From Chiloscyllium plagiosum (Eukaryota): a stretch of DNA of 60,000 nucleotides. The position numbers were made by a program, and so were the translations under genes. The stretch is from NCBI RefSeq assembly GCF_004010195.1, contig NC_057751.1:9555611-9615610 (forward strand), written 5' to 3'. Shown here piece by piece: positions 49,097 to 60,000 of the stretch (positions within the stretch are counted from its first letter, which is position 1; each line of letters begins with the position of its first letter). The notes under the pieces are model-generated. The model did not search any database. It saw nothing but the letters and a program-made list of their open reading frames with translations, and was not told the DNA's origin.

Positions 49097-49542
49097 CTGA
49101 AAAATGTGTTCCTGGAAAAGCGCAGCAGGTCAGGCAGCATCCAAGGAGCAGGAGAAGTGACGTTTTGGGCATAAGCCCTTCTTCAGGAATGAGGAGGGTG
49201 TGCCTAACAGGCTAAGATAAAAGGTAGGGAGGAGGGACTTGGGGGAGGGGTGTTGGGAGTGCGATAGGTGGAAGGAGGTTAAGGTGAGGGTGATAGGCCG
49301 GAGAGGGGGTGGGGCCGGAGAGGTCAGGAAAAAGATTGCAGGTCAAGAACGCGGTGCTGAGTCCGAGGGTTGGGACTGAGAAAAGGTGAGGGGAGGGGAA
49401 ATGAGGAAGCTGGAGAAACCCTCCAACCACAAAGGATGAATGCAGATTTCTCCAGCTTCCTCATTTCCCCTCCCCCCACCTTATCTCAGTCCCAACTCAT
49501 TTTTCAGCTCTGATCTCCAGCATCTGCAGTCCTCACTTTCTC
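49097..49542. mobile_element. Family A fold-back Penelope-derived insertion, 16-bp TSD
   Basis: ctgggaatgcttaatg at 49081-49096 and 49543-49558; hammerhead motif on minus strand at 49157-49190 (G12>A). Confidence 0.88.
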
Positions 49543-49699
49543 CTGGGAATGCTTAATGTTGATCTTAGAAATGTGAGACGAAAGCAGTTTCTTAACTATA
49601 CTTAAGTAACCTTCTTAGCAGAAAACAAATAGCCTGCTAGGACCTATGCTTTACAGAACTGCAGATGCTGGAAATCAGAAACAAAAACAGATATTCTGG

Positions 49700-52600
49700 T
49701 TAGAGAGATGTACAGCATAGAAACAGACCCTTCGGTCCAATTCGTCCATGCCAACGAGACATCCGAACTTAATCTAGTTTCATTTGCTTAGGTTGGGCCC
49801 CTATCCCTCTAAACTCTTCCTATTCATATACCCATCCAGAAGCCTTTAAACGTTGTAGTAGTACCAGCCTCCATCACTTCCTCTGGCAGCTCATTCGATA
49901 CACGCACCACCCTCTTTTTAAAAATTTTCCCCTCTCTCTGAAAACATATGTCCTCTAGTTCTGGGCTACCCCACCCCAGGGAGAAGACCTTGTCTCTTTA
50001 CCTTATCCATGCCCCGAATGATTTTACAAACCTCTATACGGTCAACCTTCAGCCTCCGACACTCCAGAGAAAACAGCCCCAGCCTATTCAGCCTTTCCTT
50101 TCACCTCAAGTCCTTGAACACTGGCAACATCCTTGTCAATTTTTTCTGAACCATTTCAAGTTTAAGGCAGGTGGGACTAGATTGGGTTGGGATATCTGGT
50201 CGGCATGGGCGGGTTGGACCGAAGGGTCCGTTTCCATGCTGTACATCTTTATGACTCCATGACAACATCCTTCTGATAGGAGGGAGACCAGAGCTGCACA
50301 CAATATTCCAAAAGTGGCCGAACCAATGTCCTGTCCAGCTGAAACATGACTTCTCAACTCCAATACTCGATGCTCTGACTAATAAATGAAAGCATACCAA
50401 ACACCTTCTTCACTATCCTATTTACCTGGGACTCCACTTTCAAGGAACTATGAGCCTGCACTCCAAGCTGTCTTTGTTCAGCAGCATGCCCCATGACCTT
50501 TTCCACTAAGTGTATGAATCCAGCCCTGGTTTGCCTTTCCAAAATGCAGCACTTCACAATTATCTAAATTCAACTCCATCTGCCACGCCTCAGCCCAATT
50601 GTCCATCTGATCAAGATCCCATTTTACTCTGAGGTAGCCTTCTTCGCTGTCCACTACACCTCCAATTTTGTTGTCATCTGCAAACTTAATATTTCCTATG
50701 TTCACATGCAATTAATTTATTTTCATGATGAAAAGCAGTGAACCCAGCACTGATCTTTGTGGCACGCCACTGATCACAGGTCTCCAGCCTGAAAAACAGC
50801 CCTTCACCACCACCGTCGGTCTTATATATCTTCAAGCTGGTCTGTATCCAAATGGCTAGTTCTCCCTGTATTCCATGTGATCTAATCTTGCTAATCAGTC
50901 TCCCATGGGGAACCTTGTCAAATGCCTTACTGAAGTTCATATAGATCACATTGACCACTCTGCTCTCATTTATCCTTTTTGTTACTTCTTCAAAATACTT
51001 AGTCAACTTTGTGAGACATGATTTCCAGGCATAAAGCCATGTTGTCTATCCCTAATCAGTCCTTGCCTTTCCAAATACTTGTAAATCCTGTCCCTCAGGA
51101 TTCCCTCCAACAACCTGTCCAACACACGTCAGGCTCACCGGTCGATAGTTCGCTGGCTTTTCTTTACTGCCTTAAGTAGTGGCACCACATTAGCCAACCT
51201 CCAGTCTTCCGGCACTTTACCTATGACTATTGATGATACAAATATCTCAGCAAGGGGTCCAAAAATCACTTCCCTAGCTTCCCCCAGAGTTCGAAGGTAA
51301 ATCTGATCAGGTCCTGGGGATTTATCGACCTTTATGCATTTTAAGACCTCCAGCTCCACCTCCTCTGTAATATGGACATTTTGGATGATGTTACCATCTG
51401 TTGCCCCACGTTCTATATCTTCCATGTCCTTCTCCACAATATACACTGATGCAAAATACTCATTTAGTATCTCCTGTGGCTCCACACATACGCTACTTTG
51501 CTGATCTTTGAGGGGCACTATTCTCTCCTAGTTACCCTTTTGTCCTTAATGTGTTTGTAAAAACCCTTTGGACTCTCCTTAGCCCTATTAACCAAAGCTA
51601 TCTCATGTCCCCTTTTTGCCCTCCTGTTTTCCCTTTTAAGTATACTCCTACTGCCTTTATACTCTTCCAAGGATTCACTCGATCTCTGCTGTCTATACCT
51701 GACATATACTTCCTTGCCTTTCTTAACCAAAGCTTAAATTTTTCTCGTAGCATTCCCTACACCTGCCAGCCTTGCCTTTCACCCGAATAGGCACATACTA
51801 TCTCTGGACTGTTGTTGTCTCATTTTTGAAGGCTTCCCATTTTCGGGCGGTCCCTTTACCTGTGGACATTTGTCCCCAATCAAGTTTTGAAAGTTCTTGC
51901 TTAATAACATAAAAATTGGCCTTCCTCCAATTTGGAACTTTAACCTGTAGATCCAGTCTATCCATTTTCCATCACTATTTTAAACATAATAGAACTATGA
52001 TCGCTGGTCCCAAAGTGCTCCTTTACTGACACCTCCGTCACTTGCCCTGCCTTATTTTCCAGGAGAAGGTAATTTTGCACATTCTCTAGTTGGTCCATCC
52101 ACATTCTAAATCAGAAAATGTTCTTGTACATAGTTAACAAATTCCTCTCCGTCAACCCTTAACACTATGGCAGTCCCAGTCTATATTTGGAAAGTTAAAA
52201 TCGCTTACCATTACCACCCTGTTTTTCTTACAGGTAACAGAGATCTCCTTACAAATTTGTTTCTCAATTTCCTGCTGACTATTAGGAGGTCTACAGGACA
52301 ATCCCAATAAGTTGATCATCCCTTTCTTATTTCACAGTTCCACCCAATTAACTTCCCTGGATGTATTACCAGGAATATCCTCTCTCAGCACAGCCGTAAT
52401 GCTATCCCTCAGCAAAAACGCTACTACCCCTCCTCTCTTACCCCCATATCTATCCTTCCTAGAGCATTTGTATCCTGGAACATTAAGCTGTCAGTCCTAT
52501 CCATTCCTAAGCCACATGTCTATGATTGCTAGGATATCCCAGTCCCGTGTTCCTAACCATGCCCTGAGTTCATCTGCCTTCCCTGTAAGGCTCCGTGCAT

Positions 52601-52835
52601 TGAAATAAATGCAATTTGTCAGTCCTACCTTGTTCTCTGCTTTGTTCCTGCCTGTCCTGTCTCTGATCTCTTTCCTCATAATCGTCATGGGTCCAACTCC
52701 CCCCACCTTCGTAGTTTAAATCTACCCAAGCAGCTCGAGTAAATCTTCCTGCCAGTACATGAGTGCCCTTCCAATTCAGGTGCAATCCGTCCTTCTTGTA
52801 CAGGTCACTTCTACCCCAGAAGAGGTTCCAATGAT
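49700..52835 (-). mobile_element. CR1 LINE (ORF1 tail, EN, RT, 3' end; decayed)
   Basis: LHLNWKGTHVLAGRF, CIYFNARSLTGKADEL, KSPGPDQIY, MNFSKAFDKVPHGRL, KFADDNKIGG. Confidence 0.95.
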
Positions 52836-52927
52836 CTTGGAAAAATTCAGAACAAGGCTCACTCGACCTGAAACATTAATTCTGCTTTCTATCCATGTGT
52901 GCCGCCAGGCGTGCTGAGTTTTTCTAG

Positions 52928-53194
<267 letters not shown>

Positions 53195-53395
53195 TAATTC
53201 ATGCCAGCACATTAATTGTGCCTTGTGCTCAGATGTATCTCTTAGTATTTAAATTTGTCATTTTGACCTTATAGGTGGTACTGAGAAAAGGTTTTGGGGA
53301 AGAAGGAAGAATCAGAATACGAATGTAAAACACTGCTCATACAATAAGATGCAGATCACAATGGGGAATGTAGTTTTCATTTAAGCAGAATGTGA

Positions 53396-53665
<270 letters not shown>

Positions 53666-54099
53666 TGAATGAAACTTTAAATTCAGTTTCTGTGTCTCAC
53701 CAAAGCTAACCTCTGCTTGAATCTTGATTTGATCTCCCCAACAATGGAACCAGTTTGCCACCATTGTTCACTCTGCAGGGCCAAGTAATACCTTCTATTG
53801 TGATCATATTGCAATCCATGCTGAATCCTTGAGGATGTTGTTGTCACTTATCCACTGAGGGTTGTTAGATGAAGATCTGGAATGCTCGTCACAGTAGTGC
53901 AGATATGACTCAATACATTGTTGACCTGTTGTTCCCGGTGGTCAGAAGTTGCATTCCACTGAAAAAATGTGAAACGTGCTCAAACAATTGTGGATGCAAC
54001 ACCTGACAAAGTACAGGTACAGTCAGTTCTTCTTTAACACAGTAGTTGCTTTCTTGTGCAGCCCCGCGTAATAGAAAAGTAGCTCTTTAGAAACAGTGT

Positions 54100-56460
54100 T
54101 TAAGACCATAATACATAGGAGCAGAAGTTAGGCCATTATGCCCATCAAGTCTGCTCCACCATTCAATGATGGCTAATAAATTTCTCATCTCCATTTTCCT
54201 GCCGCCTTGATCCCTTTAACAATCAAATTATTTCAATCTTAAATACGCTGAATGACTTGGCCTCAATAGACTTCTGTAGCAGTGAATTCCATAGATTCAC
54301 CACTTTCTGGCTGAAAAAAGTTTCCACTTATTTCTGTTGTAAAAGGCCTTCCCTTTACTCTAAGGCTGTGCCCTCGGGTCCTAATCTCTCGGAGCAATGG
54401 AAGCATCTTCCCAACATCTACTCTGTCCAGACCATTCAATTTTCTGTCTGTTTCAATTTGATCTCCCCTCATCCTTCTAGACTCCATTGAGTATCGACCA
54501 GAGTCCTCAAAAGGTTACTCATATGTTCAGCTTTTCATTCCTGGGACCATTCTCGTGAACCCTCTCTGGACACAGTCCAGGGCCAGTGCCTATTTTGTGA
54601 GAGAAGGGGCCCAAACATGCGCTGAATACTCCAAATGTGGCCTGACCAGAGTCATAAAGAGCCTCAAAAGTACATCTTTGCTTTTATATTCAAGTCCTCT
54701 CAAAATAAATGCCATCATTGCATTTGCCTTCCTGACTACTGACTCTACCTGCAAGTTTACCTTGAGAGAATCTTGGACTAGAACTCCTAAATCTCTTTGC
54801 ACTTCAGACTTCTGAATTTTCTCCCCATTTAGAAAATAATCCATGCTTCTATTTTTCCTACTAAAATGCATGACCTCATAGTTGGCCATGCCGTACTCCA
54901 TATGCCACTTCTTTGCCCAATCTTCTAACCTATCCAAATCCTTCTGCAGCCTCCTCATCACATCACTGCTATCTGTCCCTCAACCTATCTTTGGTGTTTT
55001 GTCTGCAAACTTAGCTAGAATTCTCAGTTCCTTCATCTAGATCGTTAATGTGTAAAGTGAAAAGTTGTGGTCCCAACACTGAGCCTTGCAGAACACCACT
55101 TGTCACCGGCTGCCATCCTGAGAAGGACTCTTTTATCCCCACTCTCTGCTTTCTGCCAGAAAGCCAAGCATCTATCCATGCTAGCCCCCTACCTCTGACA
55201 CCATGGGCCTTTGTCTTAGTCAGCAGCCTCCTTTGTGGCACCTTGTCAAAGGCTTTCTTGAAGTACATTGGCTCTCCTTGGTCTAACTTGCTGGTGACTT
55301 CCTCAAAGAATTCTAGCAGATTTGTCAGGCATGACTTCTCTTTGATGAAAACATGCTGACTGTGCTCTGTTTCACTGTACACTTCCAAGGTTAGACTAAT
55401 TGTCTGTAATTCTCCATCTTTTGCTTTTCTCCCTTTTTTAAACAGAGGTGTTACGTTAACGATTTTCCAGTCCTCTGGCATCTCTGATTCCTGAAAGGCC
55501 ATCATTAATACCTCCACTATCCCTTAAGCTATCTCGCTTAGATCTCTGGGGTGTAGTCCATCTGTTGGAGTCATTTATTCACCTCCAGGCAATTGAGTTG
55601 TTCCTGTACCTTCTCCTTGATGGCCACCATACTCAGCTCTGCCCTCTCACCTCTTGACGTTTTGGAATATTACTCGTGTCTTCCATTGTGATGACTGAGA
55701 CCAAGTAATTATTCAGTTTCTCAGCCATTTCATTGCTCCCCACTGCTATCTCTACAGCATCTTTTTTCAGAGACCCAATGTCTACTTTTGCCTCTCTTTT
55801 GTCCTTTATATATCTAAAGAAACTCTTCAGTCTTCTATTACTGGCCAGCTTACCCTCATATTTAATCTTCTCCCTCTTTCTTTCTTTCTTCGTGGTTCTC
55901 TAAGCTTCCTAATCCTCTGTTTTCCAACTGCCCTTCACTACATTATATGCTTTCTCTTTTGCTTTTACGCTATCCCTGACTTCCCAGTCAGCCATGGTTA
56001 CCTCATCCTCTCTGTACCAGACTTCTTTTTTCCTCAGGGTGAATCTCTGTTGTGAGTGCTGAATTACTTCCAGAAACTGGTGCCATTGCTGTTCCACTGT
56101 ATTTTCTGCTGGGCTCCTCTCCCAGTCAATTCTATCCAGCTCCTCCCTCATACCTCTGCAGTTGCCTTTATTCAATTGTAATACTGTTCCCTCTGTTTCT
56201 ATCTTCTCCTGCTCAAACTGCACAGTACATTCAATCAGATTATGATGACTGCCTTCTAAGGATTTCTTCACCTTAAGCTCCCTTATCAAGTCTGCTTCAT
56301 TGCACAACACTAAATCTCGTAATGCCTGTTCCGCATGGGCACCACCAGAAGCTGCTCCAAAAAGCCACCTTGTAAACATTCCACAAATTCCTTTTCTTGT
56401 AGTCCTCTACCAACCGGATTTCCCCAGTCCACCTGCATATTGAAATCCTTTATGATCACT
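54100..56460 (-). mobile_element. CR1 LINE (EN remnant, RT, 3' end; decayed)
   Basis: [48 protein letters not shown]. Confidence 0.93.
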
Positions 56461-56478
56461 GCACATCTTTTCTATTTT

Positions 56479-56631
56479 CTAGATTAGATTAGATTACTTA
56501 CAGTGTGGAAACAGGCCCTTCGGCCCAACAAGTCCACACCGATCCGCCGAAGCGTATACCACCCAGATCCATACTCCTACATTTACCCCTTCACCTAATA
56601 CTACGGACAATTTAGCATGGTCAATTCACCT
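56479..56631 (-). mobile_element. HE1-type SINE 3' half
   Basis: (tagat)n tail and cagtgtggaaacaggcccttcggcccaacaagtccacacc, matching the tail of 18268-18585. Confidence 0.88.
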
Positions 56632-57081
56632 CAATTCCTCAGTTCATCAATTGCGGTGCAGCGAATTCGCATTGATGTAACGCATTTTATAACAACAATC
56701 TGTTTTGCGTCTGTGGAGGTATTTTGATGGGATGGATTGGGACAATCGTAGAACATGGAACTGTTCCCTGCTGAAGTGTTCTTTCAGCCCACCAGACAAG
56801 AATCAAACTGTTTTCACCATCCTCTTGTCTCCACTAATCTCTGTGTGGTGGAGATGGGTTTGCAATTGTGATCACATTTGGTGAGACTGCCAAAATTTTC
56901 TTTCTTTGTGAGAAAATAGCATGTATTTCATTATTAAATTTACCAGCTCCCTGGCCATCTGAAAACCACTTCCACGTGATGTAAGATCCAAATCTTCCAT
57001 TCCCCTGTTCTGTGCTGTGTCCCTTCCTCAAGTTCACCCTGCTTGTATTTTGCTCTGTTTCTTGCTTCTCTCAGAGTCTGA

Positions 57082-57279
<198 letters not shown>

Positions 57280-57713
57280 TAGAATTGGTATGGTGCAGTA
57301 GAGATTGTGTTTTCCATTCACTTGTAAGCACTGCAACACATACATCTGATCCAGTATTCTACTAACACAGAAGTTTATTTTCCATTGGAGTTCTCCTGTT
57401 CACTGAGAATAACTTGAAAATAAGAAAGTGTTGTGCTTTTAATATAAGGAAACAGGCCAAGGCAAGAGAAAATGGATCATTTGGAATCTTTGGAAAAACA
57501 AGTTGAACAGTGCTTGTATCACTGAGACTAGGCTTTTAGTGTCTCAGCATCACTCACACTGTGGTGTTCGAAACAGAAGCAAAGCTTAAATAAAACTTGG
57601 AATCTGACGCTTTTTGAGGCTAACACAGCTACTGCATATATACTACTTTTGTTTCATATTTCTTTCACAGTCTGCTTTTTTCCATACCAAATCTATGTCT
57701 GCCTCTTTTGTAG

Positions 57714-57902
<189 letters not shown>

Positions 57903-58713
57903 TAAATGGTCTAAGATGTAAAATCTTTAGCACTTTGCCTGTTTTGATACCTTTCTCTTCCGAAAAACACTGACCCCCTGACTGTGGCAGGCTCAGTGTC
58001 GATTAGTCACAAACACCCTGCTGTCTGACCTTTGCCATTTGACTAGTCTCTGTTCCGTGCAGTGGGCTACCCAGGCAAGCAATGTATGTACAGCATGAAA
58101 ACAGAAGGAAAGAATTTGCATGTACCATACTGTTCATAAAGACAGATCATGAAGTGCTTTTGAAATCAAGCCACTCTTGTGGTTAACATAAATGTGGCAC
58201 TTGCATGTACACAAGAGGTTCCTTTAAGAGCAAAAAGACAGCTGAACAGTACAATGCCTTTCGTGGGGAACCACTTCAGTCATTACTATACAAACATCTT
58301 TCCCAGCTGCACATGTTTTCCTTATGCACAAGGTCGACAGCAACTCATGTAAATGCAATCTAGTTGTCTGTGAACTGATTAGCATCTGTACTGCTCCATT
58401 GTGAGCTAATGTATCAGCACAGGTATTGAACAGTGTTGCTAATTTAGCTTGCTGCATGGGTTCTTCTTTGATGTGAACTTAACCTTGGGAATAAAAGAAT
58501 AAAAAAGCAAACCAAATTAATCAGACTGCAGATGAAATGTGGCATGGAAAGATAAATAAATAGCGGAGTTCCTCTGAGCTCTGTGCACCACTTGTCTTTA
58601 TATTTGCAAATTGCAGTCTCGTGTCTCCTGTTTTCCAGAATTGGAATGGAAATCGTGTGACCGCTTCATTGTGAAATTTTACCCCTTACTGTTGAATTGA
58701 ATGTATAATCTGA

Positions 58714-58878
<165 letters not shown>

Positions 58879-59033
58879 TGACTTGAATCATTTCCAACAA
58901 TGTCATGTTTTAGAAAATAGCTTCACACGTACCATATACAGCATCCAGAGACAAAGCATGAACGTGCCACAACTTGTGCTTCTCAAAACCTTTATTTCCA
59001 CTGATAGCTAGGTTCTCATCTGCTCATGGCTGA

Positions 59034-59300
<267 letters not shown>

Positions 59301-59404
59301 TGAAATGACAAGTACTTTCCACTCGCTGGGGGTTGACTCGGGCAGAGATGATTGTTAAGTCATTTGTCAGCAAAATCTAAACTCAGTGAACTTGGATCTT
59401 ACAG

Positions 59405-59602
59405 GATGCAATTAACTGGTTGGGGTATACATATCTCTATATTCGCATGTTGCGAACCCCAACACTCTATGGGATCTCGCATGATGAGCTGAAGACTGAC
59501 CCCCTACTGGAGCAGCGCAGACTGGACCTTATCCACACTGCTGCCATTATCCTTGACAAAAATAACCTTGTGAAATATGACAAAAAGGGTGGCAACTTCC
59601 AG
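59405..59602 (+). CDS. SNRNP200: Brr2 exon 21 ([17 protein letters not shown]...GNFQ)
   Basis: cag/gtaaga, 198 nt. Confidence 0.96.
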
Positions 59603-59867
59603 GTAAGATTTACCAGTCTAATGTGCAACTGGAATGCTCTATCTGAAATTTTGAAATCGTGCACAGTACAAAACTGATGTTAACAGCTTGTGATATTTCA
59701 TTAACACAGCCTTAAAATATATTATTGGTTTCTGCATTTAAATTACAGTTTATTGTAAAGAGAAGCTGATGAACATAGAAATGTTAAACTGTTCAGTAAT
59801 GACATTCATTCTTGATCAGGCACTTTGTCCCTTCATTGCTATAATGTGAAAATCATTCTGTGTGTAG

Positions 59868-60000
59868 GTGACTGACCTCGGCCGGATTGCAAGTCACTAT
59901 TACATCACACATGAAAGTATGGCCACCTACAATCAGCTTTTGAAACCTACCCTGAGTGAAATCGAGCTCTTCCGAGTATTTTCACTGTCTTCTGAGTTCA
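59868..60000 (+). CDS. SNRNP200: Brr2 exon 22, partial ([18 protein letters not shown]...FSLSSEF)
   Basis: tag acceptor, open frame to window end; start of Sec63 unit. Confidence 0.95.
   Translation, partial: MTDLGRIASHYYITHESMATYNQLLKPTLSEIELFRVFSLSSEF

Overview
Vertebrate genomic DNA, almost certainly a shark or other elasmobranch (HE1-type V-SINEs with (AATCT)n tails, abundant CR1/HER1-like LINEs). Two spliced protein-coding genes lie on the + strand: the last seven coding exons of SLC20A1/PiT-1 (1082-9023) and the first 22 coding exons of SNRNP200/Brr2 (32588 to window end). I traced every exon with GT-AG boundaries and a continuous frame. The ~23 kb intergenic region and the large introns are mostly nested, decayed transposons: CR1, Tx1, Penelope-like elements, solo LTRs, Tc1/mariner-type MITEs and SINEs. 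The most notable unannotated signal is a set of minimal type-I hammerhead ribozyme motifs in at least three distinct Penelope-like families. Intact cores sit at 23835-23874 (+), 27803-27834 (+) and 35811-35850 (-), with many decayed copies elsewhere. Several copies ride on short (170-470 bp) fold-back insertions flanked by 12-16 bp target-site duplications. Hammerheads in Penelope-like elements are known in general; whether these families are described or active cannot be told from the sequence. Repeat boundaries are by eye and approximate.
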